A stretch of DNA of 64,000 nt from Phyllobates terribilis. Lineage: Eukaryota. Position 1 is the stretch's first letter. Each line of letters starts with the position of its first letter. Below, in pieces: positions 23,915 through 34,842 of the stretch. Both the position numbers and the translations under genes were made by a program. The stretch is from NCBI RefSeq assembly GCF_046119375.1, contig NW_027362768.1, positions 29,698,001 to 29,762,000 of the forward strand. Reading direction: 5' to 3'. Under the pieces are notes generated by a model that saw only the letters and a list, made by a program, of their open reading frames with translations, did no database searches and was not told the origin of the DNA.

Positions 23915-24001
23915 ATGGATCCAGTACGTTTTATACCACCACTGTATGAACAACGATATGAATTTGTGAAAGCTTACATCGAGACTCACAAACCCAAAAA
24001 G
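23915..24001 (+). CDS. HENMT1: HENMT1 first coding exon (MDPVRFIPPLYEQRYEFVKAYIETHKPKK)
   Basis: FxPPLYxQRY Hen1 motif. In-frame TAA 9 nt upstream fixes the start. Acceptor tttcag at 23885, donor AAG|GTCAGT. Confidence 0.93.
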
Positions 24002-24220
24002 GTCAGTTTTTATCTATATAACCGGAGATCAGTCTGAATTGGAAGGTCATCTGAACCATAGTATGGGCCTTCTGATATATCCCAGCATGATCTGCAGTAC
24101 TTAGTGTTGTGGGTATGCACATGGCACAGAACGATTGCAGCTAGCCTGGGGTTTAGACAGAAATCATAAATTCCCATAGCAAAACTTAAATGACATCTTC
24201 AGGGGCATTTTCTAACTTAA

Positions 24221-24762
24221 AGAGGACTTGTCACCAAATTTTTCACATTGAACTGAACACAGGATGTAATAGTGGCTGCAGAGCAGAATAGAGCATTTTT
24301 TATTTCATCTCTGTTACAGAGATCTTAGCAATCAAAGTATTTGGAACCTAATGACTTAACTTTTTTAAAGTCAAAGTGGGTGTCATCAGATAGTTTTCAC
24401 TGGGGGCGTGTACTTCTCTCGCTGTGTGATGTTGACCAATCATAAGCAGGCGGCAATACACAGGAGAAAGGAGAACACGCCCCCACCATAGCTTAGAGCA
24501 GATTTCTCAGTGTGTGAGATGTATAATGACAGACTGCCTTATGATTAGTCAGCATTATACAGAGAGAAGTACATGACGCAAGTGAAAACTATCTTATTAC
24601 ACCCACTTGGACTTAAAAAAAGTTTACTCATTAGGTGCCAAATATTTTGATTGCAGTAATATTAGCAGTGGAGATGAGAGAAATAAAAATATATTCTGAT
24701 TTTCGAGCCACTATTACACAGTGTGTCCAGTTCAATGTGAAACGTTTGGTGAAAGGTCCTCT
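24221..24762. mobile_element. T2/Kolobok-type MITE
   Basis: TTAA-AGAGGACTTGTCACC ... GGTGAAAGGTCCTCT-TAA. Confidence 0.65.
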
Positions 24763-26046
24763 TAAGTGTGTATTTTTGCCTAAAATTAATTTTTGCAATT
24801 GGATTTAATTTCTAATTTTTGACTGTTTGGCTTCTTGATCCTCTTTGTCTCAAGATGCATAGCAAAAAAAAACAGAATGGTCAGCCGATTCATGCTGCCC
24901 AAACCGTGGGCGGCATGGATCAGAGGCTGGCTGCATGATTGGCCCCAAGTATATTTTTCTTTAAAATACTGTGGCATTTCAGAGCAGATATAGTTTGTTG
25001 ATATAGACAGACTCAAGACTAGTGCGGCGCCACCTACCTGCCGGCTTCTCGCAGCACCGCTCCAGACGGGAGCAGACTGGAGAGAAGCCGGCTGAAGGCC
25101 ACACTGGGCTATGGAACCTGGCCGGATCTTCAAACTGTTTTTTCTTTGACATGCCAGACCATTTTTCATCAGTGTTTGGTCGGTGTGTCCATTTTTACCA
25201 TCAATGTTTCAGCAGTAGTTTTCTTTTATTTGATTGTTAATAATGGACAGCACATGGATTTCACACGGATGGCAAGTGTGTGCCATCAACGATTTTTCAA
25301 AGGCCTCTCTACTGCTATTGTATTTTGAGGTATGACACTGATCAAAGAAGAAGGAGCAGAAGGGTAAAGAGAAGTAAACTCCTATAGACACAGTAGACTA
25401 ATGCCTCACAAATAATAAAGTACATCAAATACAGTGGACACCCAATAATGAAATATAACTAGATACATGCAGAGTGTCTAATACTTAAGTGTGTCCACTG
25501 CATGTCAGACACAAGGAATCACCAAATGCATTAACGTGCTTTAGTGCATATATATATCAATTGGTATGACAGCCTAGAAATTGCACAAAGTATTAAGAGA
25601 GATGTCCTTATATGATGCCAAATCTAATAGAAAGTGAAGCTATCTAATATAGTACCTTATATAGTGTACATAATGGCAAAACATATAGTCTCCCTGCAAT
25701 ACCTTGAGACATCCTGGTCAGTAAGTGAGGCACACTGTAACCTCGACGCGTAGTCTTCCATTTATTTTTATGCTACTTGTCTATGCGATCTTCATTTATG
25801 CATACACTGCAGTGATATAAACTGTGTATCACCCACTGTGGGCTATTATTGATGTCTTTGTGCCTGTACTTGTGCCCTATTTGTATTCTTATACTTTCAG
25901 TAGTTCTGAGTCCTTTACACCTTATTAGGACTGCTTGTTACCTCATTAACTTTTGTATGCCTGCAACCTGGATAGGTGGGGTCTCTGTGTCATATATTTC
26001 CCCCTTTCTTTTACTCTTATTTTATCATGATTGTTGATTTAATTTA

Positions 26047-27273
26047 CCGTATTTTTCGGACTATAAGACGCACCTAGTTTTAGAGGAGGAAAATAATAAA
26101 AAAAAAATGTAAGCAAAAAATGTTGTCATGATGCACTTTTAAGGGGAAGGGGGTCTTCTGCTGACACTGGTATAGGGGTAATGTCCCCCAATTCTGACAA
26201 TATCCCCCATCCTAGTATATATGCCCCCCCCCTCCTATTATACGTGGTTCCCATCCTGGTATGCCTGGCATCCCTCCATCCTGGTATGCCTGGCATCCCT
26301 TCATCCTGGTATGCCTGGCATCCCTCCATCCTGGTATGCATGGCACCCCTCATCCCTATCCTGGTGTGCATGACACCCCTCATCCCGGTCCTGGTGTGCA
26401 TGGCACCCCTCATCCCGGTATGAATGGCACCCCTCATCCCTGTCCTGGTATGCATGGCACCCCTCATCCCCGTCCTGGTATGCATGGCACCCCTCATCCC
26501 CGTCCTTGTATGTATGGCACCCCTAATCCCTATCCTGGTATGCATGGCACCCCTAATCCCTATCCTGGTATGCATGGCACCCCTAATCCCCATAATGCTG
26601 CGCGTAAAAAAAATAAAATAAACACTCCTACTCACCTTTCTTCTCTCCTCCAGTGCTGCTTCCTGTCTGCCTGCACTGATCTCTCCATGTGAGCCGTGCA
26701 TGGCGTCACTACCATGCGCGGCTCACAAGGAGAGATCAGCTGCCGGAAGTCACTGCTCCCCACGCCGGGACTATGTGCGCGGGGAGCAGTGACTTCACTC
26801 TCCTTCATAGCCGGCACACAGCGTACCTGCGCTGCGGCTCCTGCTGCTGCCGGCTATCGCGTGTGCCCGCTTATTAAAGGGTATGAATATTCACCCCTCC
26901 CCACGCCCATGGGCGTGGAAAGAGGTTGAATATTCATGCCCTTTAACAGCGGGCACAGGCGATTCCGGCAGCAGCAGGAGCCGCAACGCAGCTACACTGT
27001 TTGCCGCTATTAAGGAGCATGAATATTCAGTGCTCCCCACGCCCCATGGGCGTGGGGAGCAGTGAATATTAATTTTCTTTAGCAGCGGGGACAGTGTAGG
27101 CTGCAGCGGGCTTCTGCTGCCTCCTGTGCCCCGCTCCTCCACCGCTACTGCTCCTCCCACACCCCACATATATATACCCCCCCCCCCCCAACATTCGGAC
27201 TATAAGACGCACCCCCCATTTTCCTCCAAAATTTTGGAGGAAAAAAGTGCGTCTTATAGTCCGAAAAATACAG
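26047..27273. mobile_element. Non-autonomous Tc1/pogo-superfamily element with an internal ~24-bp minisatellite (26250-26595)
   Basis: TIR CCGTATTTTTCGGACTATAAGACGCAC, TA TSD. Confidence 0.8.
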
Positions 27274-28093
27274 TAGTTGTTTTTTCTTCCACTGATTTTT
27301 CGATTCCTATACTTTCTGGACATACCCTTTACATTTGGCTCTTTTTTGGTATTTGTATTTATACTATAGACTGATGCTGCATGTTTGCTTGTTGCTGTTA
27401 CTAAAGGGCTTATCTGGGAATTTTAATATTTCTGTGTATGGGGTTAAGAACTAACATTCAGGTAGTTGCTAGCTAGCTACCTGCCTGTTCTGTTGGCGCA
27501 GATCTCTGCCAACTCAGAGTGGTTACAGACCGCTCCTGCCAATGATTCTGCGGCCTCCGCTGATGTCACGTTGAGAGTGCAGCTTCTTCTTTCGCTCTGC
27601 TCTGGTGACGGGGCGTCACTGCGGATGTCAGGCTGATTGACAGCTTGTTCCCCGCTGTTTAACTGCAGGCAGCCAGCTATCAATCAGCAAGCTGTTTGCA
27701 GGGACAGCCTGTCGACAGAGCAGCCCACAAGAGAAAAAGCTGCTCTGTGAATGAGGGGTGAATTGGGGGAATTGCCGGCTGAGCTGGCAGAGATTGTCCT
27801 CGGGCAGAACAAACCGCTACTTAGCAATTACTTGCTTTTTAGTTCTTAGCCCCAGATGCAAAAATATTAAAAATTCTGGATAACCCGTTTAATCATTGGT
27901 TCTAAGTGTGAGGCTGAGGTCTTTGACGGGCATAACAAGAAGCAAACAATCATCAATTATTTTCTAATATTATATATTATAACTGACATCTGCTGAGACT
28001 TTTATAAAGCCATTGCGTGCTAGCCATGCATCAACTGCTGCAAGGGTGACCAGCCTAAATCAGTCCAGAGCCTCTCACCTAGCCAAATCAGTT

Positions 28094-28150
28094 CTCATAC
28101 TTTGCACTGACGAGGGCCAACAGCCCGAAACATTGTGTCTGCAAATTGAG
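28094..28150 (+). ncRNA. Type I (minimal, Penelope/retrozyme-like) hammerhead ribozyme
   Basis: Stem I TTTGCA(28101-06)/TGCAAA(28140-45), core CTGACGA(28107-13), stem II GGGC-CAACA-GCCC, GAAA(28127-30), short stem III, GUC cleavage triplet at 28137-39. Stem I extends via CTCA/TGAG. Confidence 0.8.
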
Positions 28151-28419
28151 ATTCTGATTTGGCTTTTATCCTAAATCATATTGCACGACTCATTAAAGGG
28201 TTGATTGTGACTTGTAGGATTGCTGCTTCCAATAGATGGCGCTATAGAGTTCAAGTCCTCTTTTTCTCTGAAGAGGCAATTTGCATATCCTTTATTCTTT
28301 TCATTTGTTAAAGATCCATTCCTGATTTTAGTATTAAAAACTGCCTATAAGTGCTGTGTGTGAATCTGGCTGCTCGGCAGCCAGTCAGTAACCAGGCTGG
28401 TTTGCGTTTTATTCTGCAG

Positions 28420-28532
28420 GTAGCAGATTTGGGTTGCTCAGAATGTACACTTTTACACAAGCTGAAGTTTCAGGACTGCATTGAGGAGCTTGTTGGTGTG
28501 GACATTGATGAGGAGATATTGAGAAGGAAAGG
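28420..28532 (+). CDS. HENMT1: HENMT1 coding exon 2 (VADLGCSECTLL...VGVDIDEEILRRK), 113 nt
   Basis: SAM-binding motif I (DLGC) and GVDID. Acceptor ttctgcag, donor GG|GTAAGT. Confidence 0.95.
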
Positions 28533-28978
28533 GTAAGTAACTGTTCTGTGATTAGGGAAAAGTATTGTCAAAAAAGCATTAAATGGATGAGTGCAAGAGA
28601 GTTTTAGATTAAAATGAATTCTTTAGAGTGATGTCACACATTACTCTAGAAGTCATCAGGGGTATCGGAGCCATGAAAAGTCTGAGTGAACATAACCTTA
28701 TAATTTCCAATTTCAATTCACACATAGTTGTATAGATGTATATTGAACTAATGTCCATGATACTCTGTATTTGGAAACATTTTAGACATTCAGGGCACTG
28801 CGCCATTTGCAAGGTGCATTTTATATGTAAGGGAGGTGGTCTACACTATTGCAATAGCATGGAGCCAAACAAAACTGTTGGTATTTGCTACATCTTACTA
28901 GTGTTAAGTCACATATCCCTTTAGTATGCCCCACTGTTGCTGCTCCTATTCAACCCAGCAGGACTTCCCTGGTCCATA

Positions 28979-29264
28979 TATAAATAATAAATAAATTTAT
29001 TTATATAGCGCCATCATATTCTGCAGCGCTTTACAATTCAGACAAGTTACAGACAATGGGTACTGTCCCCATTGGGGCTCACAATCTACATTCCCTATCA
29101 GTTTGTCTTTGGAGTGTCAGAGGAAACTGGAGAACCCGGAGGAAACCCACACAAACACGGGGAGAACATACAAACTCCTTGCAGATGTTGTCCTTGGTGG
29201 GATTTGAACCCAGGACCCCAGCGCTGCAAGGCTGCAGTGCTAATGACTGAGCCAATGTGCTGCC
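28979..29264 (-). mobile_element. tRNA-derived V-SINE-like element with an L2-type tail
   Basis: A-box TGGCTCAGTC, B-box GGTTCAAATCCC, V-domain GGAGTTTGTATGTTCTCCCCGTG...GGGTTTCCTCCGGG, tail TGTAAAGCGCTGC...GGCGCTATATAAATAAA. Confidence 0.8.
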
Positions 29265-31168
29265 CATATATCGACACATAAAGGCAGCGGGGACAACAAT
29301 GTAACTTATAGTTTTCATTTACAATGGTTTGTTATACATTTAAAGATAAATAAAATAAGATGCATCTGGAAATGTCTGATCTTCCCTCACATAAGAGTAT
29401 ATACATGTGTCCTATAATATCAGGTTTATTTACCCCTTGGGGGCACACTCTTGTTCTGCTTAGCGATGTTGCTTTACTAATTCATACATAACTATTAACA
29501 TATGCAGCAGGTGAACTAAGTGTTGACCACTTCACCAATATTCTAAGTAAATCTATTTCTATTGACCTGAAATGCTCGCCAGATGTCGGTAACAACCCAT
29601 CTAATCCACACAGGCAAGGAAATCAAACCGTAGATGTCCATAAATTAAGTTCTGTGTAATAATGAGAAATGACACAGGGAAAAAGTATTGAACACGCTAA
29701 CTGAAATTGAATTCGTACTTTGTACAAAAGCCTTTGTTGGTGATGACCGCTTCAAGATGCCTCCTGTGTGGAGAAACTAGTCGCATGCATTGCTCAGGGG
29801 TGATTTTGGCTCATGCGTCCGTGGGCTTCTTCTTTGAGTTCTGAGCTTTAGTTCCTTCCATTAATGTTCTCTTGGATTCAGGCCCGGTGATTGGCAGGGC
29901 CATTCTAGCAGCTTTATTTTCTTTCTCTGAAACCAAATAAGAGTTTCCTTGGCTGTGTATTTGGGATCATTGTTTTGCTGAAATGTCCACCCTCGTTTCA
30001 TTTTCATCATCCTGATAATTAGCAGTAGATTTTTTATCAGGAATGTCTCGGTGCATTTGTCCATTCATCCTTCCTTCAATCATATGAAGTTAGTCAGTGC
30101 TGTATTCTAAAAAACAGCTCCCCACCATGTACGAAGGTAAGGGGAGGGGGGAGGTTGGAGCTGATCACACTGGAAATATGTGTAGATCCGTTGCAGTGGA
30201 TATAAACCGGTCAGTGCCGTACCTGCTGGTGATTTCAGCTAACATGGAGAAGACGAAAGGGTAGTTTCCGGTACAACCATACTGGTAAAAAATGTTTTTT
30301 TATTGAGTCTTTTAAAAACAGAAACCTCAGAGCCTGACGCGTTTCTAACATACTAAGATGCCCTTTATCATAGGCTATCACATGAGGTAAGTTGGTTGAT
30401 ATACATACAGTATATATGAACAAGGAACCAATCACAACTAATCAAATTGCATTGGCAAAACATCAGCTGTGTTCGTTAGGGGGAAACCTCATATCAAAGC
30501 AAAATGCATATATACCAGGGTGGATAAAAATCAATGTTTTTTTTAAAAAAATCAAAAAAATCAGATTTTTTTGATTTAAATCGGATTTTTTTTATTTAAA
30601 TCGGATTTTTTTCAATAAACTGCTTTTTGAGGAAAATATTTTACCATCCAAAGGTTCTTCCATCATGAGATAAAGCTGAGTTGTTTAACTCAGTAGAATA
30701 AAGGCTGTATATGTGTAACATTCACAATGCCATGCTCTTCCAGAGGTTTCTGTAGGATTAGTGGGCAGTTTCTCTCCTATATTATCACAGACGCTCGCTT
30801 TACTTACGCAGTTCTCAAAACTGAATTTGACTCCACAGAGGTCCCAGCCTCTTCTTCACGGCAAAAATGTTACAACATGAACAGAGTTGAGAAAAAGACC
30901 TTAATCCTATTGTTCTACAAACCTATGAATACAGAATCAACCCCTTCAGTGCCAAGTCCAAGAAGTTAGACAATATGTTTGATTGTTTGGAGTGGAATAG
31001 ATCTGCACAACACAAGAAGAATGTGAATCTAAGTGTGAGGAGGAGGAAGGGCAAGCAGACAAGAAAATGAAAGTGAAACTTTGAGCACAATACTGCAGCA
31101 TAGCCACAGACAGACAAGTCTGGATCTGTTTGTGTACGATCTGAGGTTTATTACATTCGTTCCTTATA

Positions 31169-31370
31169 ATGGCAGCAGGCCGTAAAAGAGACCCAGTTTG
31201 GGAATATTTTAATGAAGCTCCTTCGCCTATCGGTAAGGCAGGCATGCGTTCAAAATGCAAACGATGCAACAAAGAGATGCAAGGCCTGGTGGCGCGAATG
31301 AGGCAACATCATGAGAAGTGCGGTGATGAAGATGACCAAAGAAACACTTCTGAACAGGCAGGATCTATTG
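31169..31370 (+). CDS. hAT transposase exon 1 (BED zinc finger)
   Basis: MAAGRKRDPVWEYF...CKRC...HHEKC. Donor G|GTAAAC at 31371 (phase 1). Confidence 0.8.
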
Positions 31371-31581
31371 GTAAACATTTTTATTGAATCCTGTTTCTAA
31401 AGACTGAACTGTCATGTGTGAGAAAAATTATATTTGTTATTATTACTGCATGTTACTGTCATTTGGTACAGTTATGAAGAAAAACAAATATTCCTTTTGG
31501 GGCAGGGGCAGTGATGTGTTGTGTACAATAAGCAGAAATTGTATAAACAATAAAATAACAGCATTGACTTTTTTTGTTTAG

Positions 31582-33215
31582 GGGAATTCATGGATTCTGG
31601 AAACTATCCACCTCCAAGATCACCATCATCCTGTTCTACAGTTTCAGAGTTATCCATCCAGGATAGTGCTTCATTAGCAGCAGCATCATCATCAGACACC
31701 CACAGCCACATATCACCATCACCCAAAAGGAAGAAAAAACCTTTACCTCCTGGAACCACCATAGATAGGTTTGTGATAAGAACTAGCAGATTAGAAAAAG
31801 AGTTGATTGATGAAAAAATTGCCCAGTTTATTTATGCAACGAACTCTTCTTTCCGTCTGACTGAGAACCCACTTTTCATTAATATGGTTCAGTCACTGAG
31901 ACCAGGATACAGTCCACCCAGCAGAGCTGATGTTGCAGGGAAACTGCTGGATCAAGTGTATGACAGAGAAATGGAGCAATGTGCAACAGCTCTGGAGGGT
32001 AAAATTGTTAACCTAAGTATTGATGGGTGGAGTAATGTCCACAATGATCCTATTGTATGTGCTTGTATAACAACAGAAGAAGGTAAAGTCTTCCTTGCAC
32101 AAACAACTGATACGTCAGGAAATGCACACACAGCAGAATACTTACAAGAAGTGGCAGTAAAAGCTATAGCAACATGTGAACAAAAATTCAAATGTCTAGT
32201 ACGCAGTTTGGTCACTGACAATGCTGCAAACGTATCCAAGATGAGAAGAAATTTAGAAGAGCAGGGAGGGAATACAAAGCTGCTAATAACATATGGTTGC
32301 AGTGCTCATTTGCTGCACCTCTTAGCCAAAGACTTAAGTGTTCCAGAAATAAAGGCTAATGTTGTTGAAATTGCTAAATACTTCCGTAATAATCATTTTG
32401 CTGCAGCAGCTCTGAAAAGGATGGGTGGAACCAAGCTAACGCTCCCACAAGATGTTAGATGGAACTCTGTGGTGGACTGTTTTGAGCAGTATATCAAAAA
32501 CTGGCCTATTCTGATGACACTTTGTGAAGAAAATCGAGATAAAATAGATGGCACTGTCACGGTCAAAATCCTCAACATTGGGCTTAAGAGAAATGTTGAA
32601 CATATGCTGAGCTTCCTGAAACCCATCTCTCAAGCTTTAAACAAAATACAGAAAAATAGCTGTTTTATTGCGGATGCTGTTGAAATTTGGAAGGAACTGA
32701 GTGAACACTTAAAAACAGAACTACACATGGACAGAATTAAATTACAAGCAGTAAACAAACGAATGGGACAAGCACTGACTCCAGCTCATTTTTTGGCAAA
32801 TATTGTCAATATCCAATATCAGGGTCAAAACCTAAGTGCTGAGGAAGAGGAGTTAGCTATGACATGGGTATCCAGCAATCATCCATCTTTAATGCCAACT
32901 ATAATAAACTTCAGAGCTAAGGGGGAACCATTCAAGAAATATATGTTTGCTGAAGATATTTTAAGGAAGGTCACACCAGTAAACTGGTGGAAGTCACTTA
33001 AGCGCTTGGATTTAGAGACTGTTCAAGTAATGATTTCACTTTTAACAGCAGTAGCTTCTTCTGCAGGCGTTGAAAGAATATTCTCTTCCTTTGGACTCAT
33101 TCATTCTAAATTGAGAAATCTGTTGGGACCCAATAAAGCAGGAAAGCTTGTTTTTCTTTTCCAGATTATGAATAGGAACAAAGAAGAAGATGATGATGAA
33201 GATGACGACGAGTGA
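31582..33215 (+). CDS. hAT transposase exon 2 (catalytic and dimerization domains); spliced product 611 aa
   Basis: Acceptor tttttgtttag at 31581 keeps the frame into ATG 31590. Motifs IDGW, VTDNAAN, CSAH, VRWNS and SAGVERIFS are intact. AATAAA at 33387. Confidence 0.88.
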
Positions 33216-33700
33216 GCTACAGAGGACAGCAGGGACAGTAGTATTTAAGTTTTTCATGTGTCGGCTGGGCTGACAGTCTAAGTTTCTTAAAATATATATA
33301 TATTTTGTTTAGCCAAATTAGTTAACAAACATGGATGTTTGTTTAAGCAAATAACTTATGCTGTAATGTTGTTATTGTTTCAGTTGAATAAATCTATTTA
33401 AATTGTTATTAAGGTCAGGATTATTTTTCTCCTTCCTAAGTACAACAGAACAGTGGTGTCCAAATATGAATGATTAACCCATTAAACTGGGGAGAAAAAA
33501 GTAATATAAAAAGTGATTCTAAAAATCTTCATCTACTTGCATGTTAAAGTAAAGTAGCAAGAACTAGTTTAGGTAGAAACTTTGATTTAAATCACTGATT
33601 TAAATCAAGCCTTACTGACTAGTGATTTAAATCGTGATTTAAATCAGTTAGATTTAAATCAAATCCACCCTGATATATACCATACCATGATTGACACATA

Positions 33701-34137
33701 TGTGGTAGAACCCTCCTGTTTGTTTTTTCCATCCTGTGTTTTGCGGTCACGTGACCACCTGCCTTTATATTCCAGCTCCGCCCTCCTGGCTGTGCTGGAC
33801 TTCAGTGTTTGACTGTTTTTCTAGCCAGGTACTTCGGTACCTTTCTCTGTCAGTTCGCTTGGTCCTTCTGGGACCTCTAGTATCTTTTTGTCTGTTTGTC
33901 TTTTTGTGTTCTGCAAAAACTTCTCTGTTTAGGAGGTGTCCCATTTTTGTTCCAGTCCTTAGTTCTTTTAGGGACCCCTCCCCTTATGTTATAGGTCTTC
34001 CTTCGGACTAGCCAAGGACTAAGGCGGGTCTGTTCACTAGGAACAAGCAGCCCGCTACATCGTAGGGATTCAGCTTAGTCTTACTGTAGGGACAGCTTTC
34101 CCCTATCTTTCCTTAGTACATGTTGCAGATCATAACA
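33701..34137. mobile_element. Probable solo LTR
   Basis: TGT...ACA termini, ATAT on the right side (left copy imperfect). Interrupts the Penelope terminal repeat. Confidence 0.55.
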
Positions 34138-34189
34138 ATATGTGCTTTGTCATACAGCATGATAACACATGACAAAAAGAATTATATAT

Positions 34190-34842
34190 TGTAAGGCAGC
34201 GCTAGTCATCATGCTGGGGGACACTCGCTGCACCTGGTCAATTAAAGCACACCAGCCACGTTTTCCAGTATTTTACAATCCAGCAGTTTATTACACTTCA
34301 TAACTGCTTATCACACAGTCCATCTCAGTGGCTCACCGGCATGTTTACACACATAACATCCAAGAGCCTTTCAAGTGGCAGACAAGCCCACTTGGCTCCA
34401 GTTACAGCCTTCAGCAAAGTAACTATATCAATGTCCATATAATGCACCGCTTTTACCTTTTGCCGGGTCTAGCGGTTTCCATCAGATTTGTTCTGCCACA
34501 GCTGTGACTTTACGGCTTCCCAGGTGGGGGTCTCCAGCCCTCGTACCTTCCAAGGCTACTGGCATCTCTTACACACAAGGATCCAGCCTCTGCCTTTCAG
34601 GCTGCACCTGGCTTCACTAGGCCTCACCAGGCCTCACACTCTAACGGTGTCCCACACACGGGGAACAGGCCTCACGCCTTTCTCACACTGTTTCAAAAGC
34701 ACCAGGATTTATATATCCTCCAGCACATACAGGACCTGTGCTGATGTCACAGTCATGTGATCAGTCACCTGAGGGAGAGGTACATGGTCAGCCAGAACAC
34801 ACCGTGGACCATTACAGTAATGCCGCAAGCCGCTGCATTACA
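34190..34842 (-). mobile_element. Solo LTR (gypsy-like), 653 bp
   Basis: TGTAA...TTACA termini, perfect ATAT TSD at 34186-89 and 34843-46. Confidence 0.75.

Larger units (their letters stand above)
30516..33672 (+). mobile_element. Full-length hAT DNA transposon, 3157 bp
   Basis: Perfect 10-bp TIR CAGGGTGGAT/ATCCACCCTG, perfect 8-bp TSD ATATATAC, subterminal GATTTAAATC arrays at both ends. Confidence 0.95.

Noticed and set aside
26126-26701. 191-aa and 143-aa repetitive ORFs
   Set aside because: Derived from the ~24-bp minisatellite inside a non-autonomous element.
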